From: an uncultured Clostridium sp.
GTDB lineage: Bacteria; Bacillota; Clostridia; TANB77; CAG-508
Assembly (NCBI GenBank): GCA_947244325.1
Contig: CAMXJY010000002.1
Location: forward strand, 26,070-90,069
Length of the DNA: 64,000 nt
Direction: 5' to 3'
Positions 9,047 to 19,694 of this stretch are shown here, piece after piece. The translations under genes and the position numbers were made by a program. The notes under the pieces were generated by a model, which was not told the origin of the DNA, ran no database searches, and saw nothing but the letters and a program-made list of their open reading frames with translations. Each line of letters starts with the position of its first letter. Within the stretch, counting starts at the first letter, position 1.

Positions 9047-11413
9047 ATGAAATTAAGTATAAATTTTTTAAAAGATTATGTTGATGTTGAAACAGATGTT
9101 GTAACTTTAGCAGAAGATATGACTAGAGTTGGTAATGAATATGATAGCGCTGAAAAATTAGTTCCATCAACTAAATTAGTAATTGGTAATGTTTTAGAAT
9201 GTGAAAATCATCCTGATTCAGACCATTTACATGTATGCAAGGTTGATGTTGGTACAGAAGTTTTAAATATAGTTTGTGGAGCTCCAAATGTAAGAGCAGG
9301 AATAAAAGTAATTGTAGCATTAGTTGGTGCAGAACTTCCAGATGATTTTAAAATAAAAAAAGGTATGATAAGAGGGCAAGAGTCAAATGGTATGATTTGT
9401 GCTTTATATGAAATAGGAATAGATAAAAAATTTTTATCAGAAGAAGACAAAACTGGAATTCACATACTACCAGATGATGCACCTGTTGGAAAAGATCCAA
9501 TAGAATATATGGGATTAGATGATGATGTTATAGATTTTGAACTTACAGCTAACAGAGGAGATTTATTAAGTATTTTAGGTATGGCATATGAAGTAGGAGC
9601 GATTTATAATAAACCAGTAAAAGAAATAGATTTATCTCATAATGAGTCAGGAGAAGACTTAAATAAATCATTTAAAGTAAATGTAAATACAGAAAATTGT
9701 AGCTTATTTTTAGCAAGAAAAGCATTAAATGTAGAAATAAAAGAAAGTCCAGATTTTATAAAAAATAGATTAATAGCATCAGGAATAAGACCAATCAATA
9801 ATGTAGTTGATATCAGTAACTATGTAATGCTTGAATGTGGTCAACCACTACATTTTTATGATGCTGATAGATTAGGAAACTGTATAGAAACAAGAATGGC
9901 AGGAAAAGGTGAAAAATTAACAACATTAGATGAAATAGAAAGAGATTTAGAAGATACAGATATTGTAATTTCTGATGGAAAACGTGCAATTGGGTTAGCA
10001 GGTGTTATGGGTGGATTAGATACAGAAATAGAAGAAACAACAAAAAATGTATTAATAGAAGCCGCTATATTTGATCAAGTAAGAGTAAGAAAAACATCTA
10101 AAAAGATTGTAAGAAGTGAAGCAAGTAATCGTTTTGAAAAGGGATTAGACCCAAATAGAACTTATATGGCAATGGAAAGAGCTGTAAAGCTATTAGAAGA
10201 ATATGCAGGAGCTACAATTCAAACAGGAACAGTAGTATATGATAAAACAGATAAAAAAGAAAAGGAAGTTGATATTACTACAAATGATATCAATACATTA
10301 TTAGGAACAAGCATATCAAAAGAAGATGTTTTAGATGTATTTAAAAGATTAGGATTTGAATATAAAGTATCAGGAGAGAAAATAACAGTTATAGTACCAA
10401 CAAGAAGATTAGATATTTCTATAAAAGAAGATTTAATAGAAGAAGTTGGAAGAATTTATGGAGTAGATAATATTGTTGGAAAATTACCAGTTGTTCCAAT
10501 GAAAATAGGAAGTGTAGATAAAACTGAAAGAGGAATTAGAGATAAAATGATTTCTCTAGGTTTAAATGAAACATTATCATATATATTAATAAATGATAAA
10601 GATGTTCATAAATATGTTTTAGACGAATTTGAAGAATTACGTTTGTTAGACCCAATGACAGAAGAAAGAAATACATTAAGATATAGTCTAATACCATCAT
10701 TATATAAAATTTATGAATATAATAAAGCTCATTATACAAAAGATGTATCTATATTTGAAGTTGGAAAAGGATTTTGGAAAAAAGAAAATCAATATGGAGA
10801 AGATACAAAATTATGTAGTTTAATGACAGGAGAATTCTACTTAGGAATAAATAATAAAAAACCAGTTGATTTCTATATTGTAAAAGGTATAGTCGAAGAA
10901 GTATTAGATTATTTAGGTTATGGAAATAGATATAGTTTTGTAATGCCAAAACAAGAGATTAAAGAATTCCATCCAGGTCAAGTAGCTGAAATTAATGTTA
11001 ATGGAGAAGTAGTAGGTGTAATAGGAAGATTACATCCAGAAATTTCAAAAGAACCAGTATATGTATTTGAAATTAATTTAGATAAACTACTTGCTAAAAA
11101 AGTAAGTAAAATGAAATTTAAAGAAATTTCAATGTATCCAAGCGTAAAGAAAGATATAGCAATTATATTAGATAAAGATATAACAGCAGATGAAATTTCA
11201 AAAGTGATTAAAAAAGCAGGTGGAAATTTACTTGTAAATCAAGAAATGTTTGATGTATATACAAACGCTATTTTAGGAGATAAAAAGAGTGTTGCATATT
11301 CATTAACATTTGGCTCAAACTCAAAAACATTAACTGATGAAGAGGTAAATCCTGTTGTAGAAAAAATAATTGAAGCTTTAGAGAAAACATTAAAAGCTGA
11401 ACTAAGAAAATAG
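9047..11413 (+). CDS. pheT: Phenylalanine--tRNA ligase beta subunit
   Basis: 788 aa. Has the N-terminal tRNA-binding domain, B3/B4 and B5 regions and a C-terminal FDVY...domain. It is immediately downstream of pheS. Confidence 0.92.
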   Translation: MKLSINFLKDYVDVETDVVTLAEDMTRVGNEYDSAEKLVPSTKLVIGNVLECENHPDSDHLHVCKVDVGTEVLNIVCGAPNVRAGIKVIVALVGAELPDDFKIKKGMIRGQESNGMICALYEIGIDKKFLSEEDKTGIHILPDDAPVGKDPIEYMGLDDDVIDFELTANRGDLLSILGMAYEVGAIYNKPVKEIDLSHNESGEDLNKSFKVNVNTENCSLFLARKALNVEIKESPDFIKNRLIASGIRPINNVVDISNYVMLECGQPLHFYDADRLGNCIETRMAGKGEKLTTLDEIERDLEDTDIVISDGKRAIGLAGVMGGLDTEIEETTKNVLIEAAIFDQVRVRKTSKKIVRSEASNRFEKGLDPNRTYMAMERAVKLLEEYAGATIQTGTVVYDKTDKKEKEVDITTNDINTLLGTSISKEDVLDVFKRLGFEYKVSGEKITVIVPTRRLDISIKEDLIEEVGRIYGVDNIVGKLPVVPMKIGSVDKTERGIRDKMISLGLNETLSYILINDKDVHKYVLDEFEELRLLDPMTEERNTLRYSLIPSLYKIYEYNKAHYTKDVSIFEVGKGFWKKENQYGEDTKLCSLMTGEFYLGINNKKPVDFYIVKGIVEEVLDYLGYGNRYSFVMPKQEIKEFHPGQVAEINVNGEVVGVIGRLHPEISKEPVYVFEINLDKLLAKKVSKMKFKEISMYPSVKKDIAIILDKDITADEISKVIKKAGGNLLVNQEMFDVYTNAILGDKKSVAYSLTFGSNSKTLTDEEVNPVVEKIIEALEKTLKAELRK

Positions 11414-11422
11414 TATAAAGAT

Positions 11423-11462
11423 AAAAAATGAGATGCAAGTTATAATTTTAACTTGCATCTGC
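11423..11462. terminator. Bidirectional terminator hairpin between pheT and the convergent gene
   Basis: gatgcaagtta-taatttta-acttgcatc palindrome with flanking A/T runs. Confidence 0.55.
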
Positions 11463-11465
11463 TTT

Positions 11466-11891
11466 TTATAAAAATTTTTTTAATCTATTAATATTATTTT
11501 CTTGAAGTCTAATAAATCCATTTAAAATATCTTTTACATTTTGAGAAGCTTCAGGGCTTTGGTTTAATAATTTAACACCTTTAATAACTCCCATATCATA
11601 TCCTTGTATTAAAATTTCAGATAAATTAGTATTACTTGTATCATTAATAGTGTTAAATTCTATTCCTGTCCAACCCATTACTTTTTGATTTAAAGGTGTA
11701 TCATCTGGAATTTCTCCAATTTTTTCAAATTCATTATTTACTTTATCAAGAGTAGTTAGATAAGTATTATATTGATAACTTAAATCATCTTTGAATTGTT
11801 CATCAGAACATTTTTTAGAAAGATGTTCAAGTGATGACATTCCCATAGTAACACCTTTGTGAATTTCATTTAATATTGTTAAATCATCCAT
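11466..11891 (-). CDS. Hypothetical protein, 141 aa (helical, possibly a coat-F/ferritin-like four-helix bundle)
   Basis: Good RBS (aaaggagatt) precedes the ORF. No confident family assignment. Confidence 0.5.
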   Translation of the reverse strand: MDDLTILNEIHKGVTMGMSSLEHLSKKCSDEQFKDDLSYQYNTYLTTLDKVNNEFEKIGEIPDDTPLNQKVMGWTGIEFNTINDTSNTNLSEILIQGYDMGVIKGVKLLNQSPEASQNVKDILNGFIRLQENNINRLKKFL

Positions 11892-12059
11892 AAATAATCT
11901 CCTTTTTAATAATATACAAATAGTATTTGAAAAAATATGTTATTTATGCAAAAAAATTATATTGTAAATTGTAAAAAAAGATTTAATATGATAGTATAAT
12001 TAACAGTAGTTTAATAAAATGTGGATAAATAATTTCAAAAAAATTGTGGAGGAGAATTT

Positions 12060-15000
12060 ATGAACTGGACTAAAGAACAAAATGATGCAATTTATAAAAA
12101 AGGTTCAAACATATTAGTTGCAGCAGCAGCGCGGAAGTGGAAAAACAGCAGTATTAGTAGAAAGAATTATTGAAAAAATACTAAAAGATGGTATAGATAT
12201 TGATAAACTTTTAGTAGTTACTTTTACAAATGCAGCTGCATCAGAAATGAGAGAAAGAGTACTAGAAGCAATTTATAAAAAAATAGATGAAGAACCAGAA
12301 AACGAAAACTTGCAAAGGCAAGTAGTTCTTTTAGGAAAATCAAGCATATGTACAATACACTCTTTTTGTTTAGATGTAATTAAAAATAATTTTTTTGAAA
12401 TAGATTTATCAGCAAATTTTAGGATTGCAGCAGAAGAAGAGATTGAACTTTTAAAACAAGAAGTTTTAGAAGATGTTTTTGAAAATTTGTATGAAGATGA
12501 GGATGAGCAATTTGCAAAATTAGTTAATACATATACAGGATACAGAGGGGATGAAGCTTTAAAAGAAATCATTTTTAAAATATATAGATTTATGCAAAGT
12601 GCACCATTTCCAAATGAATGGCTAATTAATAAAGTAGAAGCTTTTAAAAATAGTGAAGAGATAAAAGATTTTTCAAAAAGTATGTGGGGAGAAATTTTAC
12701 TAAAAAATCTTCAAGAAGAAATTATAGATGGAATAAACAGTTTAAAAGCAGTTGAAAATAAGTTAAGTATACATATAGAACTAGAAAAATATACACAAAC
12801 AATAAAATCAGATATAGAAATATTAGAAAATATTTATAATGCAAGTAAAGTATCATGGGATGAAGCTTATAATCAAGTAGAAGATATGAAGTTTAAAACA
12901 TGGCCAATTGATAAAAAAATAGTTATGGATTTAAAAGATGAGGCAAAAGCTTCAAGAGATACAGTAAAAAATAAATTAATGAAGCTAATAAAAGATACTT
13001 TGGTTTATGATTCAGAAAGTGCGTTTAACGATATATATGAAATGTATGAGATTTTAGATATATTAAAAGATGTAATAATTGAATTTGATAAACAATTTAA
13101 AATTAAAAAAAGAGAAAAAAATATAATAGATTTTAATGATATTGAACATTATGCATTAAAGATTTTAGTAAGAAAAGATGAAAATGGAAAATATGTACCA
13201 ACAGATGTAGCAAAAAAATATCAAGAAAAATTTGAAGAAATTGCTATAGATGAGTATCAAGACAGTAATGAAGTACAAGAATATATTTTAAATGTTGTAT
13301 CTCGTAAAAACAATTTATTTATGGTAGGAGATGTAAAACAAAGTATTTATAAGTTTCGTCAAGCATGCCCAGAATTATTTTTAGACAAATATGATAAATA
13401 TGATTTAGAAGGAAATGAAAATGGATTAAAAATACAACTATTTAAAAATTTTAGAAGTAGAGAAAATGTATTAGATATAACAAATAGTATTTTTTCAAAT
13501 ATTATGAGTAAAACTTTAGGAGATATTGATTATACAAAAGAAGAATATTTGAATCTAGGAGCAGACTTTGAAGAAGTTGAAAATGGATTAGAAAAAGCAG
13601 AATTAGATATTATTGATTTAAAAGAAGAAAATGAAGAAGCTTTAGACGAAGAAGATGAAGAAAATGATGTAGAAGTATTAGAAAAAGAAGAAATAGAAGC
13701 AAAGTTTGTTGCTAAAAAAATTGAGGAGATTATATCTTCTAAAAAACAAGTAAAAGATAAAAAAATAGGCTTTAGAGATGTAATGTATAAAGATATTGTA
13801 ATATTACTACGTTCAACTTCAAGACTTTCAAGCATTTATGAAAAAGAACTTATGAAAAGAAATATACCAGTATTTTCTGATACATCAAATGAATATTTAG
13901 ATACTATAGAAATACAAACAATTATAAATTTATTAAAAGTTTTAGATAATCCAATAGATGATATTTCACTTGTATCAGTTATGCGTTCAGAAATAGGAAC
14001 ATTTACAGATAATGAAATTTTAGAAATAAGACTTGCAAAAAATGAAGGAAACTTTTATGAAAGTTTAATATCAGTAAAAGAAATTGTAAAAGATGAGCTA
14101 AAAGAGAAAATAGAAAAATTTTTAAATAATTTAGATATTTGGAGAAAAGAAAGTGACTATTTAAGCTTAGCAGAACTTATTTGGAAAATATATACTGATA
14201 CTGGATTTTATAATTATGTAGGATTAATGCCTAATGGACTTTTGAGACAAGCAAATTTAAAAATGTTATTTGAAAGAGCAAAAGAATATGAAAAAACAAG
14301 CTTTAAAGGATTGTTTAATTTTATTAGATTTGTAGAGAAATTAAAAACTGGAAATAGTGATATGTCTTCTGCTAAAATTATTGGAGAAAATGAAAATGTT
14401 GTTAGAATAATGAGTATTCATAAAAGTAAAGGACTAGAATTTCCAATAGTATTTTTATGTGCTACTTCAAAAAAAGTTAATCTTCAAGACTTAAATTCTA
14501 ATCTTTTATTACATCAAAAAATAGGAATAGGACCTCAGTATATTAATTATGATAAAAGAATTGAATATTCGACATCAGCAAAAGATGCAATAAAAATCGT
14601 TATAAAAGAAGAAACAATCTCAGAAGAAATGAGAATTTTATATGTTGCTCTAACAAGAGCAAAAGAGAAGTTAATTATTACTGGAACTATGAAAGATTAT
14701 AAAAAAGAACTTGAAGATAAGAAAGAAATTTTAAAAATTTATAGTTCTAATAGCGAAGATGGAAAAATTAATCCAATACTATTAAAGAAATATACATCAT
14801 ATTTAGATTGGATACAGTTAGTTTATTTAAATAATGATTTGAAAGATATAATACAAATTAATGAATATAATAAAAAAGACATTATCACAAAAGATGAAGA
14901 AAAAGAAATAGTGATTAGAGATTTTGATTTTGAAAAGCAAACAGATTTTGAAAAAATAAAAAGTAATTTTAATTGGAAATATGAAAAAAGCTTAGAAACA

Positions 15001-15657
15001 AAATTACCAATAAAGAGCACAGTAAGCAAGGTTAAAGAAATAAAAAATCAAAATACTGATGAAATTGATTTTGATAATTTAACTAATAAGCAAATTGGAA
15101 TAGCAAATATAATACCTAAATTTTTAGTGGAAGAGGAAAAAGTAACTGCTAGTAGAAAAGGTACTTTGATGCATTTATTTTTACAAAATCTTGATTTGAA
15201 AAAAGAATATCTAAAAGAAGAATTAGAAGATTTAAAACAAGAATTGATATTCAAAAAAATTATAACTGAAGAAGAGGCATCATTTATCAATTTAGAAAAG
15301 ATTAATAGTTTTTTGAATTCTAATTTAGCATCCAAAATTAAGAAATGCAAAATAATAGAAAAAGAAAAAGCATTTTGCAAAAAGTTAAAAGCAAAAGAAA
15401 TTTATGAACAAGCAGAAGATGAAACAATATTAGTTCAAGGTATAATTGATTTATATGGAATAACAGAAGATGATAAAATTATTTTAGTAGATTATAAAAC
15501 AGATTTTGTAGAAAATGGAAAAGAAGAGTTACTTGTTAAAAAATATTATAGTCAATTAAAAATATATAAAGAAGCATTAGAAGAGGCATTCGGAAAAGAA
15601 GTTGTAGAAGTGTACATATATTCTTTATATCTAAATAAAGAAATAAAAATAAATTAG
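12060..15657 (+). pseudogene. addA: ATP-dependent helicase/nuclease subunit A (AddA/RexA, UvrD-like helicase with a C-terminal PD-(D/E)xK nuclease). The reading frame is interrupted by an apparent +1 frameshift at about 12129-12135, inside the Walker A motif
   Basis: Frame 0 from ATG 12060 gives MNWTKEQNDAIYKKGSNILVAAAA and then stops at 12171. Frame +1 from 12118 gives ...GSGKTAVLVERIIEK... and continues for 1179 aa. One extra C in gcgCgga restores AAAA-GSGKT. The C-terminal nuclease motif GIIDLY...ILVDYKTD is present. Confidence 0.8.
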
Positions 15658-15874
15658 TATATGTCCTTAAATGGACATGAGCATATGTTTACAGAATGCT
15701 AATGCATTCTACATACTGAGGCTGTAGAAATTAAAATTTAACAGCCTTAGCAACGTCTCTAAATGGACATTAATAAATAAATTTTACTTAAATAATTGCT
15801 AAATGTTTACAAATAAGCAATTCTGGTGTATAATAAATATGTCATAAACTGTAAAATAAAGGGGAAAATGTAAT

Positions 15875-16531
15875 ATGGATAGAATGAAAACCTTTTTATT
15901 ATATCTTTTTGCCATACTAGGATTTATGTTTTTATCATATATACTAGAAAATGGTTTGATTGAAAATATGTATAAAAAAATGAATGGAAATATAGAACAA
16001 ACAACTGCTAATATATCAATAGAAGATGCATCAGGAAAAGCAACAAATGTAAATGGATATATGAGTTTTAAATTGTTAAATAATTCATCATATAATATAA
16101 AAAATCATTATGTAAAATTAGAATTATATAGTAAACAAGGATTACTTGCAGCAACAAGATATGTTGAAATACCAGAATTACCAGCAGGACAATCTAAAGA
16201 CTATCAAGTTAAATTCAAAGCAAATGAAGTACGCAGTTATAATATAGCCATAGTAACAGAAATACCAGATAAAACAAATATAATAAATATTTTAGGATGG
16301 GAAATTGATTTAACTGATGTATTTGGAATGGATTTAAGTAACGCCACTTTATTTGGAGTTAAGCTTACAGAACTATTTAGTTGGGATGGAGCAAAAAGTG
16401 CAGGAGCAAATGCATGGAACTGGTCACTAAAAATATTAGAAGGAGTTCCTATGTGGGCATATGCAATAGCAACAGGACTAGTTATATGGTACATGCCAGC
16501 ACGTTTCTTATTTGGAATATTCCCAATTTAA
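15875..16531 (+). CDS. Hypothetical membrane protein with N- and C-terminal TM segments
   Basis: ORF with RBS aaggggaaaatgtaat. Hydrophobic N-terminus and C-terminus. Confidence 0.55.
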   Translation: MDRMKTFLLYLFAILGFMFLSYILENGLIENMYKKMNGNIEQTTANISIEDASGKATNVNGYMSFKLLNNSSYNIKNHYVKLELYSKQGLLAATRYVEIPELPAGQSKDYQVKFKANEVRSYNIAIVTEIPDKTNIINILGWEIDLTDVFGMDLSNATLFGVKLTELFSWDGAKSAGANAWNWSLKILEGVPMWAYAIATGLVIWYMPARFLFGIFPI

Positions 16532-16552
16532 TTAAATAATATAATAATACTG

Positions 16553-16578
16553 AAAGGACTTTAAAAAGTCCTTTTTTA
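16553..16578 (+). terminator. Terminator hairpin
   Basis: aaaggacttt-aaaa-agtccttttttat. Confidence 0.55.
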
Positions 16579-16803
16579 TTTTATAGGAAAGTGCTTTGCA
16601 CTTCCTATAAAATAAAGATTTACGCTAATTTTTGCACATTTCTTAGCTGTGTGAAACGAAGTTATTCTAACTGTTAAGGCTTTGCCTGTTACAGTTAGAA
16701 TATACAAAGTTGAACTACAGATAAGTTATACAGAGGAATTACGTGGACGATTCAGCAAAGTTTTTCTTTTTCATATTAAATATCGTCTACTATTGTTCTA
16801 TTG
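16578..16803 (+). repeat. Structured intergenic repeat, copy A. It has a 5' palindrome ATAGGAAAGTGC-nnn-GCACTTCCTAT, a conserved core cttagctgtgtgaaacgaagt...gaactacagataagttat, and a 3' stem gtggacga...tcgtctac. It carries a nested 49-bp palindromic insert
   Basis: It aligns to the copies at 24391, 53966 and 55829. The insert at 16663-16711 (ttctaactgt...acagttagaa) is absent from the other copies. Confidence 0.8.
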
Positions 16804-16931
16804 CACAGAAAATTCTTACTTTTCGACAAATAATTATTTTATTCTTGTATAAAAATAGTAAATAATATATAATAATGTCAAAAATGAGAATACTAAAGTA
16901 AAATAAGTACAATTAGTAAAGGAGAATATTT

Positions 16932-17759
16932 ATGTTAGATTTATCAAAGCAACATGAATTAGAAGAAAAAGCAAGAAGTATTAGAAAAAATATAGTTGAA
17001 ATGGTATATAGTGCAGCATCAGGACATCCAGGAGGTTCATTATCAGTAGCAGATATATTAACAGCATTATACTTTTCAGAATTAAAAGTTAATGTAACAA
17101 ATCCTAAAGATGAAAATAGAGATAGATTAGTTTTATCAAAAGGACATTGTTCACCAGCTTTATATTCAAGTTTAGCAGAAAAAGGTTTTATACCAAAAGA
17201 GGATTTAAAAAATTTTAGAAAAATAGATAGTTATTTGCAAGGACATCCAGATATGAAAAAAATACCTGGAGTTGATATGACATCAGGTTCTTTAGGTCAA
17301 GGATTATCAGTTGCAAATGGTATGGCTTTAGCAGGTAAAATGGATAAAAAAGATTATAGAGTATATTGTATTTTAGGTGATGGAGAAATAGAAGAAGGTC
17401 AAATATGGGAAGCCGCAATGTCTTCAAGCCATTATAAATTAGATAATTTATGTGTAATAGTTGATAATAACAATTTACAAATAGATGGAGAAATAGGAGA
17501 AGTAATGAGCCCATATCCTATAGATAAAAAATTTGAAAGTTTTGGATTTAAAACTATAGTAATAAATGGACATAGTTTTGAAGAAATACTAAATGCATTT
17601 GAAATTGCAAAACAAACAAAAAATATGCCAACAGCAATAATTGCAAAAACTATAAAAGGACGTGGAATTTCATATATGGAAAATAAAGCAGGATGGCATG
17701 GAAAAGCTCCAAATGAAGAGGAATATAAACTAGCAATTGAAGAGTTAAGCAATATTTAA
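16932..17759 (+). CDS. tktA: Transketolase, N-terminal (TPP-binding) subunit
   Basis: GHPGGSLSVADIL and the GDGEIEEGQIWEA thiamine-diphosphate motif. The 275-aa length fits the split transketolase form. Confidence 0.9.
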   Translation: MLDLSKQHELEEKARSIRKNIVEMVYSAASGHPGGSLSVADILTALYFSELKVNVTNPKDENRDRLVLSKGHCSPALYSSLAEKGFIPKEDLKNFRKIDSYLQGHPDMKKIPGVDMTSGSLGQGLSVANGMALAGKMDKKDYRVYCILGDGEIEEGQIWEAAMSSSHYKLDNLCVIVDNNNLQIDGEIGEVMSPYPIDKKFESFGFKTIVINGHSFEEILNAFEIAKQTKNMPTAIIAKTIKGRGISYMENKAGWHGKAPNEEEYKLAIEELSNI

Positions 17760-17847
17760 AGTAGAAAGGTTTATAGATAAATCCTTTATGAAAAATCTAA
17801 ATATTTTATATAAGGAGTAGATGATTAATATATCATCAAATTAAAAT

Positions 17848-18777
17848 ATGGATTTAAGTAATAAAATAGCTACAAGACAAAGTTATGGAGAAGCATTGCT
17901 TGAGCTGGGAAAAATAAATAAAAATGTTGTTGTTTTAGATTCAGACTTAGCTGGAGCAACAAAAACAAATATATTTGCAAAAGAATTTCCAGAAAGATTT
18001 TTTGATATGGGGATAGCAGAACAAGATATGATAGCAACAGCTGCTGGATTTTCAACTTGTGGAAAAATACCTTTTGCTAGTACATTTGCAGTATTTGCAA
18101 CAGGAAGAGTTTACGACCAAATAAGAAATAGTGTATGTTATCCAAATCTTAATGTTAAAATTTGTGCAACACATGCAGGAATTACTGTAGGAGAAGATGG
18201 AGCAACACATCAAATGTTAGAAGATATAAATTTAATGAGAGGACTTCCAAATATGACTGTAATTTCTCCATCTGATGATACTCAAAGTAGATGGGCAATA
18301 AATGAAGCTGCAAAAATACAAGGACCAGTTTATATAAGATTTGGAAGAGCAGCTACTCCTGTAATATATGAAAAAGATACAAAATTTGAGTTAGGAAAAG
18401 CAGTACAATTCGGAAATGGAACAAAAGCAACAGTATTTGCAACAGGAATGATGGTAGCTGAAAGCTTGAAAGCGCAAGAAGAACTTGCAAAAGAGGGAAT
18501 AAATATAAGAGTAGTAGATTTTCATACAATTAAACCAATTGATGAAGAAATGATTATAAAATGTGCAAAAGAAACAGAAAAATTAATTTCAATAGAAGAA
18601 CATAGCATAATAGGCGGGCTTGGAACAGCAATATCAGAAGTATTAACAGATAAATATCCAGCAAAATTAATTAGAATGGGTATGAAAGATTGTTTTGGAA
18701 AATCTGGAAATGCAAGTGAATTATTAAATTATTTTGGACTTACAAGTAAAGAAATTATTGAAGAAGTAAAAAAATAA
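17848..18777 (+). CDS. tktB: Transketolase, C-terminal (pyrimidine-binding) subunit
   Basis: FDMGIAEQDMIATAAGFS and the ATHAGITVGEDGATHQ motif. It is adjacent to the N-terminal subunit. Confidence 0.9.
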   Translation: MDLSNKIATRQSYGEALLELGKINKNVVVLDSDLAGATKTNIFAKEFPERFFDMGIAEQDMIATAAGFSTCGKIPFASTFAVFATGRVYDQIRNSVCYPNLNVKICATHAGITVGEDGATHQMLEDINLMRGLPNMTVISPSDDTQSRWAINEAAKIQGPVYIRFGRAATPVIYEKDTKFELGKAVQFGNGTKATVFATGMMVAESLKAQEELAKEGINIRVVDFHTIKPIDEEMIIKCAKETEKLISIEEHSIIGGLGTAISEVLTDKYPAKLIRMGMKDCFGKSGNASELLNYFGLTSKEIIEEVKK

Positions 18778-18992
18778 AATAGGATTTATTAAACTAGAGT
18801 TTAAAAGAAAATATATAGCAGTAAAAGAAAAAGATTTAAAAATAAGCAATAAAAAATAAATTCAAATTTAATTTAAAAAAAGAATTTGTAAATCTAGTAT
18901 AATGCTCAAAATGTTGAAAAAAGTTGGTTTTTGTGGTATTATATTATATAAGAGATAGTTTGTTTATTTTTTAAATAAAAGATAAGGAAGAA

Positions 18993-19694
18993 ATGCGTAT
19001 GAGTAATAATTTATATGAATTTTTAGATGATCCAGAGGCAGCACAAGGCGAAAATCCAGATGGAGGAAATCCACCAGAAGTAGACAATAACGATGACAAT
19101 AACGAAGGAGAAATGTCACAAGCTCAAGAAAGTAGTGCATCTAAAAGTAAAGAAAGTTGGTCTAAAAGAACAACAAATGCAGTAAAAAGTGCAGTAAAGA
19201 ACTGGAAAAGCAAGAGTTCTTTAATTGCAGCATTAGGACCAATATTATTATGGATTTTTGTAGCAATAGTAATTTTAATAGTAATTATAGGTTTAGTTAT
19301 GTTTTTAGTGACTATGCCTGGTATGGTTTTGGAACAATTAAAGGCTTTAGCAAAACATATGGGAAATGCTGTAGCAGCTTGGTTTGGAGCGGATGTAACT
19401 GAACAAATAGATGATGTAGAAATATATGATACATTAACATATTTAGAGCAGATGGGATATGATTTAAAAGGTTTTGGATTTTTAACAGATTATGTAGGTA
19501 GTTCAAAAGATGGTATTGAAAGAGATGAAAATGATGCAATCACAAATGCTGAAAGTGATTTTATAACGAATTACTTAATATCAGATAATTATGTTTATAC
19601 TATAAAAAACTTTAATATTGTAAACAACCGGCGGATTATTGGGAGTATTATCAGGTATAGGACAACATTTAGCTTCATTTTTTACAGGTGGTAA
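18993..19694 (+). CDS. N-terminal, membrane-anchored part of a giant cell-wall hydrolase (233 aa). It overlaps the next ORF by 56 nt in another frame, so it is probably one gene with a +1 frameshift near 19629-19636
   Basis: Acidic, Pro-rich N-terminus followed by a TM segment. The ORF ends 56 nt after the TTG that begins the 1358-aa ORF. The sequence at the junction is aacaaccggCggattattggg. Confidence 0.6.
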   Translation: MRMSNNLYEFLDDPEAAQGENPDGGNPPEVDNNDDNNEGEMSQAQESSASKSKESWSKRTTNAVKSAVKNWKSKSSLIAALGPILLWIFVAIVILIVIIGLVMFLVTMPGMVLEQLKALAKHMGNAVAAWFGADVTEQIDDVEIYDTLTYLEQMGYDLKGFGFLTDYVGSSKDGIERDENDAITNAESDFITNYLISDNYVYTIKNFNIVNNRRIIGSIIRYRTTFSFIFYRW

